A stretch of DNA of 64,000 bases from Mobula hypostoma (taxonomy: Eukaryota): positions 136,340,001 to 136,404,000 of the forward strand of contig NC_086097.1 in assembly GCF_963921235.1 (NCBI RefSeq), given 5' to 3'. Shown piece after piece: positions 11,590 through 24,531 of this stretch. The translations under genes and the position numbers were made by a program. The first letter of the stretch is position 1, and every line of letters starts with the position of its first letter. The notes below the pieces were generated by a model. That model was given only the letters and a program-made list of their open reading frames with translations, had not been told where the DNA came from and ran no database searches.

Positions 11590-12440
11590 CTTCCTACCTC
11601 TGTCTTCACTAGCACATGGCATGCTTGGCAATCTGGAGGTTACAACCCATCAGGCCCTGTCCTTTAACTTAGCACGTAATTCCCTGAACTCACTTTGCAG
11701 GAACTCGTCACCCATCCAACCAATGTCATTGGTACCAGTGTGGACCACGACCTCTGCTGCTCCCACCCTTCTGAGTGAACGAGCCAGAGACCTGACCACT
11801 GCGGCCTTTCTCTGCTAGATCATTCCCCCCCCCAAATCATATCCAAAGTGGTATACTTGTTTTTGAGGGGAATGGCAACAGGGGTACTCTGCACTGGCTG
11901 GTAGCCCCTTACACCCCACCCTGCCGACAGTCACATAGTTACATGTAACCTGTACCTTAGGTGTAACAACCTCCCTGTATGTCATGTCCATCGAACCCCC
12001 AGCATCCCGAATGATCCAGAGTTCATTCAATTCCAGCTTCAGCCCCTTAACATGGTCTGTTAGAAGGTGCAGCTGAATACACCTCTTGCAGCTGTAGTCA
12101 TCAGGGACACTGGCGGTCTGCTTGCCTTCCCTCATCTCGCAAGAGGGACATTCCAGAATCCCATTTGGCATCTACACTGCTCTAAATGTGCAATAAGAAA
12201 AGGAACAAAGAATAATTAATAAAAAAAAATCTACCTACGATCTTTGCCTCTCCTCGTCAAAGCCTCAACTCCCCACTCTAATGCTGACTCACTCATACAA
12301 AAGCCACTCTATCCGAACCTAACTTCTTTTTATTGGTACTTGCCAAATACCTAATTATGCACAATCAAATGTTTCCTTGGGAACGGTGACATGCAAAACG
12401 TGACAACTGCCCCGGCAAGCTTCTTTTAAACCCTCTCTCC
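11590..12440 (-). mobile_element. CR1 5' region: ORF1 (Zn-finger/leucine zipper and SGNH esterase remnants) plus 5'UTR
   Basis: ORF 11815-12171 CPSCEM..PDDYSCKRCIQLHLLTDHVKGLKLELNELWIIR. Near 11720-11760 the minus strand reads EVVVHTGTNDIG, an esterase-like motif. Confidence 0.8.
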
Positions 12441-12454
12441 CCCTAGGCAATCTG

Positions 12455-13270
12455 GTGATTCCTCAGACTGTGGCACACAAAAATATCAACTCCTGCCAGA
12501 GAAATGACTTGGATCCACTTCAGTTTGCCTCCCCTCACAATGGGTCAATAGCAGATGCTATTTCTCGCTCAATTCCAGAACATCTGGACAGTGAAGATGC
12601 ATACATCAGACTGCTTTTCATTGACTGCAGCTCAGCAGTCAACACTATCATCCCCTCAAAACTAATCAATAAGTTTCAAGTCCTTGGTCTAAATACCTTC
12701 TTGTGCAACTGGAACTTCAATATCCTCACTTACAAACCCTAGTCTGTTCAGGTTGGCAACAACATTTCCTCCACAATCTCCCTCAGCACAGGTGCTCCAC
12801 AAGGCTGAGTGCTTGGTTCCCTGCTCTACTCTCCTTACACTTGCGACAGCACTGCTCCAATGCAGTGATGATAAATCAGCATACAGGAGGGAGACTGAAA
12901 ATCTGGCTGAGCAACAACCTCTCACTCAATGTCAGCAAGGCCAAGGAGCTGATTATTCACTTCAGGAGAAAGAAGCCAGTGGACTATAAGCCAGTCCTCA
13001 CTGGGGGATCAGAAATGGAGAGTGTCAGCACCTTTAAATTTTTTGATGTTATCATTTCAGCGGATCTGTAGTGGATTCAGCTCGAAAGTGCCATTGCAAA
13101 GACCACAGCAGCCCCTCTACTTTCTTAGAAGTTTATGCAGATTTGGCATGTCATATAAAACTTTGACAAACTTCCATAGGTGTTTGGTGGAGAGTGTTTT
13201 GACTAGTTGCATCACAGCCTGGTATGGTAACATCAATGCATGTAAAAACCCACAAAAAGTAGTGGACATT
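12455..13270 (+). mobile_element. Degenerate Rex1/Babar RT fragment
   Basis: LDPLQFA..YIRLLFIDCSSAVNTIIPSKL, NNLSLNVSKAKELII, and LYFLRSLCRFGMS..ESVLTSCITAWYG. Confidence 0.85.
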
Positions 13271-14889
13271 CACGATTTTGGTGCAAAACATTGACAATTC
13301 TTTTCCTTACATAAATGATGCTCAGCCTGCTGAGCTAGCCCAGCAGATTGTTTGTTGCTGTTACAGTCTTCTTATCTGAGGAAGGAAAGGAATGCAATGT
13401 AGGTTCGTCAGACTGATTCCTGAGATGGGAGGGCTGGTACACGGAGAGAGATTAGGGTGGCTAAACAATCCTTGTTCAAGTACCTTCACCACTTCTGTTT
13501 TCACTTGCCATTTCCTTGCCAAAGCCATGTTCTTCTACACATCCACTGTAAACCGCAACAATACAAGAATGCCCTTATTCCCTGAGCATTTACAATCACA
13601 AGGGCTGGGACTAACCGTACATGTCAGCTGTCACAATCAAAAAGCTCTAGTTTGTTTGAATAAAGAACTGCAAGGTGGTTTGGATTTTTAAAATTCAGAT
13701 CTTTCTTCATTTTGTAAAAACAACCCGCTAATTATTTGTGTCAAGGTTTGACTTCTGAGGGACTTTAATTGCCTATGAAGGTGCTAATGGCGAATTGAAT
13801 TGAAGCGTTTGGGGTAGTTTCTATCAGATAGCCATCTGTCTAAAATAGTTTTGTTAACACAGCTGTATGTTTTGATCTTTAAGACTTTCTTTACAAGGAA
13901 CTTGTCAGATCCCTAACCAAAACAGGACAACTTATGCACAACCAACTATCAATATTTGAATAGTGAAAATATGAAGATCTTCTCCAGATGAATTATCATC
14001 ATTAAGTTATTATTGTTCTTCACTGAAGAAAGTCCTTTATTGCCATTTATATCCTTGCCTCTAACTAGAGCAACGTTCTCCTCTGCTGAGTGGCTCCCTG
14101 TAGCAATGTTGTATTAAGTGGGCAAATTTAAGGACTACATTGGACCACACTATTTCTGCAAGGTATTAGTCACAACAATAGACACGGTGCAGAAAAGTCA
14201 TTCAGGCCATTGCGTCATGGTCAGGTGCGGCAATCTGAATGTGCAGGATTGCAAGACTCTGTCCATTACATCGAAGACACATCCCTCGCTACCAGTGGTA
14301 GTTTCCACAGGAGGCACTGTCTCCAGAAGACAACATCCATCATCAAAGGTCACCACCATTCAGTCCATGCCATCTTCTTACTCCTAGCACTGGGCAGGAG
14401 GCACAGAAGCCTGAGGTCACCACCAGGTTCAAGAACAGCTAATTCCCTTCAACCTCTTTGCACTGAAATACTTTTTTTGTTCTAATTGTGTTCTTTCTTG
14501 TAAGCATGCAGAATTTACGTTTAATTAATGTTTTTTCTTGTGAATACTGCCTATATGGTACCATATGCCTGTGATGTAAATTAAGCTTTTCATTGTACCT
14601 GAACACATATTTACTTGTACATATGACAATAAACTCAGCTTTTCACTCTGTTTGTCCCTAATAAAAGGAGAGTCTTAACTGAACCTTTGAAAGAGCGTTC
14701 CATATAGACACATTCTTGTGTTTTCCCCACAGCCTGCGATCTTCTCCTTTTCAACTACTTATCCCATCCCCTTTCCAAAGTTGCTGTTGAATCTGTACCC
14801 ATCACACTTTCAGCTGCGTGCTCCTGATCAGAAGACCCACTGGGTAGAAGAATTTGACCATCCCATTCCCCTTCAGTTCTTCCACAAAC

Positions 14890-15672
14890 AGGAGAAAATC
14901 TGCAGATGCTGGAAGTCTGAGCAACACACACAAAATGCTGGAGGAACTCAGCAGGCCAGGCAGCATCTGCAAAAAGAGTGCAGTCGACGTTTCAGGCCGA
15001 AACCCTTCAGCAGAACTGGAGAAGAAAACCCGAGGAGTAGATTTGAAAGGTGGGGGCGGGGAGAGAGAAACACAAGGTGATGGGTGAAACCTGACGGGTG
15101 CTCCCGGTGTGGCCTCCTGTCTGTCGGTGAGACCCGATGTAGATTGGGAGACTGCTTCGCCAAGCACCTACTTGAAGGAGTAGGATCTCCCTGTAGCCAC
15201 ATATTTTAATCCCATTCTGATGGCCTCCTCCACTGTTACTTGGAGGAACAACACATTATATTCTGTCTGGGTAGTCTCCAACCTGATGGCATGAACATCA
15301 ATTTCTCAAACTTCTGGTAATGCCCCCCGACCCCTTCTCCTTCAACATTTCCCATCCCCTTTTCCCTCTCTCACCTTACCTCCTTGACCACCCATCGTCT
15401 CCCTCTGGTGCTCCTCCCCCACTTTTCTTTCTTCCATGGCCTTCTGTCTCTTTTATCAATTTAATTCCCAGCTCTTTACTTCACCCCTCCCCTTTCAGTT
15501 TTCACCTACCACCTTCTGTTTCTCTCTCCCCTCCCCACACCTTTTAAATCTACTCCTCAGCTTTTTTTTCCTCCAGTCCTGCTGAAGGGTCTCTCAGCCC
15601 AAAATGTCGGACTGTGCTCTTTACCTAGATGCTGCCTAGCCCGCTGAGTTCCTCCAGCATTTTGTGTGCGTT
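14890..15672 (+). mobile_element. Penelope-like element with inverted terminal repeat flanking a GIY-YIG remnant
   Basis: About 14915-15095 is the reverse complement of about 15495-15672. The central 15096-15320 is homologous to the GIY-YIG coding region at 4540-4820. Confidence 0.88.
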
Positions 15673-16819
15673 TCCTTTCAATTCCTTTTTGTCTATCTCC
15701 TTTTATCAGTAAGTAGTCATGACCTCAACGTGGGTCTTTGCAGGGTGTCACCTGGTAAGACTGCAATGCCTCGGTGACTGACCACTGGTAGTAGTAGTAA
15801 ATCACTTGAGTCAAGTATGATGTCCTCCTATAGGTGGCTCCTCAGGTGGCTCTAGAGCTGATCCATGATCCAGATATTCTCGTGCAGAGTGGGCAAGAGT
15901 AAATGGTGGTTGTAGTTAGTGGTTGGGTCTTTTCTTTCTCTCTGTTCTTTCCACTATTCTCCTCCCCTGTCTGGTGGCACTCCGACAACTTCCTACTTAC
16001 AGTAGGTCAATAAATTGTCTTCAACTCCATGAGCCGAGCTTTAGTCAACAGAGACTGTATCAATTGCCTGCTGGATTAATTACATCCATAAACTTTCCCG
16101 CAGCTCTCTACTTTATCACCTCTTCAGCAACTTCAATCAGCTTTTGTCAGACGTGGCCACCCTTTACAAACCCACACTGACTTTCTTTGATCACGGGAAA
16201 TTTCGAGGCAGTCAGCTACCCCATCCTTAATTATAGACCCTATAATTTCCTGACAACAGATGTTAAGTTAACTGATCTACAACTCTCTGGTTCCTCTCTG
16301 CCACCTTTCATAAATAGTGAAGTGACGTGAGCAATTTTCCAATCTAGGAATGGTTCACAAGTTGAGAGAACTTTGTCAGATTATGGCCAGGCCATCTGCA
16401 GAGTCGTGTCTAGCAACGAGTGTTTAAGCTGTAGTCACCAGCACTCAAATTGATCTAAATTACTGCTTCATGACTGTGAAACCTTGATGCAGAGGCCATT
16501 TTACTGGAGCTGTAACAACAGGATCAAATTACTTCCATTCCACTGAATTCTAGTAGTCTAATTACTCCCGAACTGCACTAACATGCCGTTGTCTACAGCA
16601 TCACTAACTGAATGCGATCTTTATAAGTAACACAGCATAAGAGTTCACTGTGTAGCCAAAACCTCCTACCCTTTGATCTAGCCGTAGCTTGAAATTTATT
16701 GATTTTCAAAGGCTACATCTTATTATGAGTCCTTAGAAGGAGAATTGGATTTCATTTCATTACTAAGCTTTCCCATTGCTGATTTTTTTCTGAAACTGGA
16801 AGGGACAGATTGCATCAAA

Positions 16820-17176
16820 CATAGCTCATAAAACATTACAACACAGTACATGCCCTTCAGCTCACAATGTTGTGCCGACCTTTTAACCTACTCCAAGGTC
16901 AATCTAACTCTTCCCTCCCACATAGCCCTCTGTTTCTCTTTCATCAATGTGCATATCTAAGAGTCCTTCATGTATCTGCCTTTACCACCATCCCAGACAG
17001 TGCATTCCACACACCCACCATTCCCTGTGTACAAAACCTACCTCTGACCTCCTGCCAATACTGTCCTCTGATCACCTTAAAGTTATTCCCTCTTGTATCG
17101 GTCATTTCCACCCAGGGAGAAGGTGCTGGCTGTCTATTCTATACATGCCTCTTATCATCTTATATACCTGTACCTC
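16820..17176 (-). mobile_element. CR1 3' fragment, host of the Tx1 insertion (continues after 19262)
   Basis: Reverse complement of a CR1 tail (gcccttcagctcacaatgttgtgccgacc) and of the C-terminal coding region. Confidence 0.75.
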
Positions 17177-19246
17177 CCTCATCTACAAACAGAAGGGGGA
17201 AAGGGAGGACACTAGGAATTGGAGGTCCATCTCCCTCCTGAATGTGGACTACAAGATCCTGTCCAAGGCTATCGCCAACAGGGTCAGGTCTACTCTAGGA
17301 TAGGTGATCCACCCAGACCAAATCTGTGCTGTACTGGGCAGGAAGATCTCGGACAGCCTTGCGCTGCTGAGGGACACCATTGCCTATGTGCAGGACAGGG
17401 GGATGAATGTCTGCCTGGTCAGCTTGGACCAGGAGAAAGCCTTCGACAGGATATCACACATGTAGATGGTGGACCTGCTCTCCAAAATGGGATTTGGGGA
17501 GGGAATCCAGAATTGGATCAGACTGCTCTACACAGACATCCGCAGTGCAGTCCAGGTCAACAGGTGGGAAACAGACAGCTTCCCCATCAGATCTGGAGTC
17601 AGGCAGGGCTGTCCCCTCTCCCCTGTCTTGTTTGTCTGCTGCATAGAACCCTTTGTCAAAGCCATCAGAAGGGATGAGGGCATAAGAGGGGTAACGCTGC
17701 CAGGCAGTGGAGGGACCCCAGTGAAAACCTCCCTGTACGTGGACGACGTCACCGTCTTCTGCTCTGATCCGAGGTCAGTTCACAGGCTGATTGGCATCTG
17801 CAAACAGTTTGAGCTGGCGTCGGGGGCCAGGGTCAACCGCACGAAGAGCGAAGTCATGCTCTTCGGCAACTGGCCCGACTGATCCAGTGACCCCTTCACC
17901 ATCAGGTCTGATCACGTGTAGGTATTGGGGATCTGGTTCGGAGGGGCCGAGGCATGCAACAAGAACTGGCAGGAGCGGACTGCCAAGGTGAAACAGAAAC
18001 TGGGACTGTGGGGAGGGCGCTCCCTGTCGATAATGGGCAAGAACCTGGTCATCAGGTGTGAGGTGCTCTCAGGGCTGCTGTACTTGGCGCAAGTGTGGCT
18101 GGTCCTCTGCTCCTACAGCTTGGAAATCACCCGAGCTGTCTTCAGGTTCATCTGGAGATCCAAGATGGAGCGGGTCAGACAGACCGTCATGCACAAGTCC
18201 CTGGACAATGGGGGCAAGAACGTCACCAATGTCGCCCTCACCCTGATGGCCAGCTTCGTGTGTGGCTGCATCAGGTTGTGTGTAGAACCCAGGTATGTGG
18301 GCACCAAGTACCACTATGTGCCCAGGTTCTACCTGTCACCCTGGTTACGAAGGATGGGTCTGGCCCCACTCTCGCACAATGCTGCAGTCAGCTGGTCGTT
18401 GCCGCCATACCTGTCCTTCGTGGGAAAGTTCTTCCACTCCAGGCAGTGGTCGGCACGTAATGTCCTGCAGGCAGAAGGACGTGATGGACACAGTGGGGTG
18501 ATTTCCTGAGCAGACCATCCAGTCCATCTAGCAAATCCCTCATCGCCAGACCTCACCAACAGGCACCAGGACCTCACCTGGCTGGCGGTGAGAGGGGCCC
18601 TCCCAGTCAGATCCCTCCTGTACGCCCAGAACGTTGTCTCCACACCCCGCTGCCCACGGGAGGACTGCAGTGAGGGGGAATCAGTGACCCACCTCTTTGC
18701 ACACTGTCAGTTCGCAGAGAAGGTGTGGAGGAGGATGGACAGGCTAGTGTCATGTTTCATCCCCAGCAGCTGCGTAACAGAGGACTCTCTGATCTATGGG
18801 CTGTTCCCGGGGATGCACACAGAGACCATCATCCGGTGCTGCTGGCAGATCATCAACTCGGTGAAAGACGCTCTTTGGTCGGCCCGAAACTTGATGATCT
18901 TCCAGCACATGGAGATGTCCGTGGGAGAATGCTGCCGACTGGCACATTCTCGGCTGCAGAAGTACGTGCTGAGGGACGCACTGAAACTTGATGCAGCCAC
19001 CGCAAAGGCCCGGTGGGTAAGGACCACGGTTTAGGGTTCTTCTCCCGCGGGAGTGGGAGGGGTCGGGTGGCGGGGAGTATACCCCTCAAGAATGATGTGG
19101 GAGGGTGAAGCAACGGATTGCCACGTGGGTGGCCAAAAGTATGGATATTTAGACACCATAAGGGAAACTAAAGGATTGAGAGTCATTGAATGGTTTATTG
19201 TATATAATTTTATTTTTGAATAAAGTATATTTTGAAATTTAAAAAA
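17177..19246 (+). mobile_element. Tx1-like (L1 clade) LINE, 5'-truncated, 16-bp TSD
   Basis: NWRSISLLNVDYKILSK, LDQEKAFDR, GVRQGCPLSP, YVDD, and a C-terminal CPREDC..ESVTHLFAHC. AATAAA plus A-tail. TSD tatatacctgtacctc at 17161-17176 and 19247-19262. Several stops. Confidence 0.93.
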
Positions 19247-19729
19247 TATATACCTGTACCTCTGACAAGTCATTCCTCATATTCCTTCATGCAGGATTGG
19301 AACACTGATTTAAAAATCCAGCTTTCTTGTTCTATTTTATTGCCTTCTGTAGACACAAAAGCTTGGGTCACAGTGTCAAATCAGGTGACCATCTGTAAAT
19401 GACAATAAGGCATAAACCTAGAACAACAGCCTTTGAATGGAGCGTTTAATGTTAAACATCTCAAAATGCTACATCAGTGTTGCCAAACCAAATCTGACAC
19501 TGATCCACATTGGGAGGGTTTAGGGCATTGGTCAAAGGTTTTGAAAGGCAACTTAAAAGCAGAGGGCCATAGTTTCATTGAGGTATACAGTATTGAAAAA
19601 GGCCCTTTGGCTCATTGTCCATGTCAAGCACCCATTTACACCAATCCTATGCTAATCTCATTTTATTCACCTGTGTTCCCATCAATTTCCCCCAGATTCA
19701 ACCAATCAGCAAAGGGCAATTACCCTACT

Positions 19730-20120
19730 AACATAAGGAGAGATGTGCTGGCCCTGGTGAGGGTACAGAGGAGGTTCACAAGAATGCTCCTGGAAATGAA
19801 AGGCTTAACAAACCAGAATGTTTGTTGTCTCTGGGCCTGTACCCGAAAGAGTCCAGACAGACACAATTTCCTTGAAACCTACCGGAGACTGGACATTGAG
19901 AGGATGGCTCTATCAGCAGGAGACTACAGCATCCGAGAACACAGCCTCAGAATAAAGGGATGCTCCTTTAGAACCTAGATGAGGAGGAGCTAATTCAGCC
20001 AATGAGTGGTAATTTGTTGTCACAGAGGGCAGTGGAGGCCAAGTCATTGGATGTATGTAAGGCAGATATTGATAGATTCTTGATTGGTAAGGTAGCTAAG
20101 GATTGCAGGGAGAAGGTAAG
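19730..20120 (+). mobile_element. Degenerate CR1 3' fragment
   Basis: RDVLALVRVQRRFTRM..HSLRIKGCSFRT. Confidence 0.8.
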
Positions 20121-20138
20121 ATTTTTTTGCACTACTTA

Positions 20139-20203
20139 CTGTACAATGCAAAAGCCTTAAGCACATACATATAGCTAGGGTGCCTAAGACTTGCACAGTA
20201 CTG
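20139..20203. mobile_element. Tiny Tc1/mariner-type MITE
   Basis: Imperfect TIRs ctgtacaatgcaaaagccttaagcac and gtgcctaagacttgcacagtactg. TA at the left flank. Confidence 0.6.
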
Positions 20204-20629
20204 TGGTAGTTTTATGTATTGCACTGTGTACTGCTGCTGCAAAATAAAACAAATTTCATAACATACGTGAGTGATGATAAACCTGATTCTGATATCAGTC
20301 TTTATTGTGGACTGAGAGAGGGAAGGAGGCAGAAAGTGGGAAGCTGTGGTTGGGAAAAGGGGAAGGGAGAGGAGAGGAGAGAGACACTCTGTAGTGATCA
20401 ATAAACTGATTGTTTGGAATCAATTGATCTTGATTCAATAATTCAATTTGTCCATGATTCAATGAACCAACTGCTCAGTATGAATGTCATCACTGGAAAG
20501 ATCAAGCAGACAAATTATTTAATGATAGATCATTGGCATCAAAGGAAGCCATTCAATCTATCATTGTCATGATGGATATCAGCACAATGGACATCATTAA
20601 CTCCGTGCATGGCTGATGTGCTACTTCCC

Positions 20630-21275
20630 ATTGTCATTTACACGAGCACGTGGTGTATGTACAAGTACAATGATCAGCCTGCTTGCAGCAGAATCGAAGG
20701 CATGGAGCATCATATAAGCAGCATTCACAGAAATTTACACCATTTTCACACGAAACAATACAATTAGAACAATAAAGCAAAGTGGTCACAGTGTTGATAA
20801 ACTGTGGTGACTGGGGTTTTGCCGGTTAGTTCAAGAATCAAATGGCTGAAGGGAAGTAGCTGTTCTTGAACCTGGTGGGTTGGGTCTTCAGGCTTTTTAG
20901 CTTTCTGCCTTATGGTAGCTGCAAAAAGATGCATGGCCCGGGTGGGAAGGGTCTTTGATAATGGGTGGTGCCTTCTTTAGGCAGAGTCTCCTATAGACTG
21001 AGGGGAGGGATGTGCCTGTGATGTATTTGACTGAATATATACTCTCTGCAGCTTCTTACACTCCTGTGCATTCAAATTGCCAGTCAGGGTACTTTCACCA
21101 GCACTTCCAGAGAAGTTTGTTAAAGTTTTTAGTGAGAGGCTGAGTTTCCTTAACTTCCTAAGAAAGTAAAGACACTAGCGTGTTTCACTTATGATGGTGT
21201 CAATGTGCTGAGTCATCCTATGTGTTAGTGCCCAGGAATTTAAAGCTGCTGACTCACTCCACTGCTGATTAACCA
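20630..21275 (-). mobile_element. Degenerate Rex1/Babar 3' fragment
   Basis: Reverse complement of the element end (gaagtagctgttcttgaacctggtgg...ggcagagtctc), as in other copies in the window. Confidence 0.7.
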
Positions 21276-21312
21276 GTGCAGAAAGGGTTTACCAGAATGC
21301 TTACTGGGTTAG

Positions 21313-21989
21313 GCAAATGACCTGATTTGGTCCAACCAAGCAGAGTTCACTGCCAAGAAGGCCCACCAGCGTCTTTACTTCCTGAGAAAACTAAAGAAAT
21401 TTGGCCTGTCCCCTAAAACCCTTACTAATTTTTATAGATGCACCGTAGAAAGCATTCTTCTAGGGTGCATCACAACCTGGTATGGAAGTTGTCCTGTCCA
21501 AGACCGAAAGAAACTGCAGAAGATCATGAACACGGCGCAGCACATCACACAAACCAATCTTCCATCCTTGGACTCACTTTACACCGCACGCTGTCGGAGC
21601 AGTGCTGCCAAGATAGTCAAGGACACGACCCACCAAACCAACACAGTTTTCATCCCTTTTCCCTCTGGGAGAAGGCTCAGGAGCTTGAAGGCTTGTACAG
21701 CCAGATTTGGGAGCATCTTCTTTCCAACTGTGATAAGACTACTGAATGGATCCTGACCCAGATCTGGGTCGTACCCTCCAAATATCCGGTCCTGCCTCTC
21801 GGTTTTTTTGCACTACCTTACTTTCCATTTTTCTATTTTCTATTTATGATTTATAATTTAAAATTTTAATCTTTACTAATTTTTACTATTCAGTATTTGT
21901 AATTCAGGGAGCAGGAAGTGCAGAATCAAATAGCGCTGTGATGATTGTACGTTCTAGTATCAATTGTTTGGCGACAATAAAGTAAAGTA
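21313..21989 (+). mobile_element. Rex1/Babar 3' fragment inserted in a CR1 remnant (CR1 continues to about 22480)
   Basis: KKAHQRLYFLRKLKKF..ESILLGCITTWYG..PSGRRLRSL. Tail aataaagtaaagta. Confidence 0.88.
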
Positions 21990-24531
21990 GAGGGTATGAG
22001 GTATAAGGAGAGGTTGGAAAAACTTGGGATGTTTTCACTGGAGCATCGGAGGCTGAATTAAGACCTGATAGAAGTTCATAAAATTATGAGTGGTGTAGGT
22101 AGGGTAGCTGCTGCCCTAAATGCCAGTGGCATAACTGGCAGAAACTAGAATGGTAGACAGTCAAATTCCTTTACCCAGGGTAGAAATGTCAAATACCAGA
22201 CGACATGCACTCAGGGTGAGAGAGGAAAAGTTGAAAGGAGATGTGTGGTACAAAGTCTTTTACACAGAGAGTGATGGATGCCTGGAAAAGGGTAACAGTC
22301 GGAGAGGTGGAAGCAGGTATGACAATGAAGCCTAAGAGGGTTTTAGATCGACATGACACTATGCTGGGAATGGAGGGATATAGACTATGTGCACTGAAGA
22401 GAATTAGTTTAATTTGGCATCATGTTTGGTGTAGACATTGTGGTCTGAGGGACCCGTCTCCGTGCTGACTGTTCTGTGTAATTCCCAGTCCTCTCAAGGC
22501 CACTCTCCGTCTCTTGACCCTAGCCCTCCAACCAGCCCACTTATCCATGCTCTTCAAAACTGGCCCCTTGACCCTCCCCAAATTCAGCACCTACCTATTG
22601 TCAGCCTTGTCCCCTCCCTGCTCCGAAACTCCAGAACAACCCCCAACCCCAAATCTCTCCACCCATTTCCCCTCCTCTAAGTTGTCCTTAAAACTAAGAC
22701 CATGGTCAATTTTTTCGTTGCCTACCTTAACACCTCCTGTCGTGGACAAGTGTCAGATTTTAATTTGGTAACGCTCCTGTAGAAACCCCTTGGGTGCCTT
22801 TGCAACAGTTGATGGTGCTATGTAAATACAAGCTGTGGTTCTGAGATTAATGCACGGCGTCAGGATTCGGAAGTTGCCAACTGATAAATTGTACTTTTTG
22901 CAGTTAAAATAGCTGGAACAATCTGAGAGAAACACACTGAAGCAAACTTTGATACTAACTTGCCACTATCAATTACAGCTACTGCAAAACAAAACAAGCC
23001 ATGGCGCTAGGTTCCTTCCTTTCCACTGAAAAGCACGCTAGCTTTCCATAATCAGATACTTCTTTAAACACTCTGCAGGAGAAACAGCGGATTGCACAAA
23101 TGGAATTTGCACAGAAAATTCTCAGCTGATTTTATTTCTTCACAGGATGTGGTATTGCCTCTTGAACCCTGGACCCCCAGCAACCCTCACTGAGAGGTAG
23201 TAATCAATTAAGTTCAAGGATGTGGTCAAAGTCTCCTTGAAGAATGTATTATCTCTATCGGCTTCTTGAGCAGAATCAGAATCGCATTTATTGTCGTTGA
23301 CTTGTATGGCATGAAACTTGCTCTTTTGTGGTAGCAGTACATTGCAAGGCATAAAATTTACCATAAGTTACAAAATTAAATAAATATTGCACAAGGATAA
23401 TGAGGTTATACTGTAATTAGTTTATGGGATATTTGGAACTATGGTGGTGGAGGGGACAATGCTGTCCCTAAAGTGTTGAGCCACAAAACAGCTGCAGAAA
23501 TTTGCAAAAGTCTTTCATGACGTTACTCAATTTCATCAAACTACTAATGAAGTATAGCTGCTGGTGTGCCATAGGAGAATCTGTGGCTCTGACATTGTTC
23601 TCATCAGTCAGCCTAGGGAGGAAGCTAGTCACCCTCATTCTGTGAAAAACCTTGGTGCATCTGGAGACAAACATAGGCCAGACCCTGCAGGAATGGCAGA
23701 ATTTCTTCCTCTGAAGGACATCGTTTGAGAGGAAGGGAGATACAGGAGTTACATCAACCCAGTGGTTGTTTCATTATTCTAGATTAATTTACTTACTTGG
23801 ATTTAATTTCCCAGCTCTCATAATAAAATAGGAACAGGAAGTCTAAAATAAAAACAGGAATTGCCAGAAACACTCAGCGGATCAGTGGAGAGAGGAGCAG
23901 TTAATGTTTCTGGTCTGAGATACATTCCCTCTACACTAGGAATATCAAATACCTATTGGGTGACCACTTGAAGAAATACCTCAGTTATTACTGCTGGGGT
24001 GACCCTGAGTTAAATTGTTTGTCACTTTAATTCCCTATCTTACTCCCATTCTGGCCTATCTCTTGACTTCTGTACTTTTATACTGAGGCTTGACAGAAGC
24101 TTTGAGGAACAACACATCACCTTCTCATCACAGGACTGGATGACTCAATATAGAATTCTCCAACTTCAGGTAACTCCATCTTACTTTATGTGTGGATCAG
24201 AACCGGTCATTTTTGCCTGCCTTCGCTTTGGCACTTTCTCTTTCATTTGTATATTCTGACCTGTTAAAGGCATGTCCCAATAGTGAGATTAGACATCACA
24301 GAGACACTTGCAACACAATACATGGACAATGGAGCTTAACTGCCCCTCAATGGCTATACCATTTCATCCTATCATGGATGTCTCCTTTCTTTCATCCACT
24401 ACCTTCCCCAACTTTTCTGCTATCTAGACATTGACTTAATCAGCAAAGGAAAGAGTTGCTTTACCCTAACTCAACCATGGCATCCAGGGTGCTTACCTGA
24501 TTAAGTCCCATTTGCCTGCATTCAGCCAATA

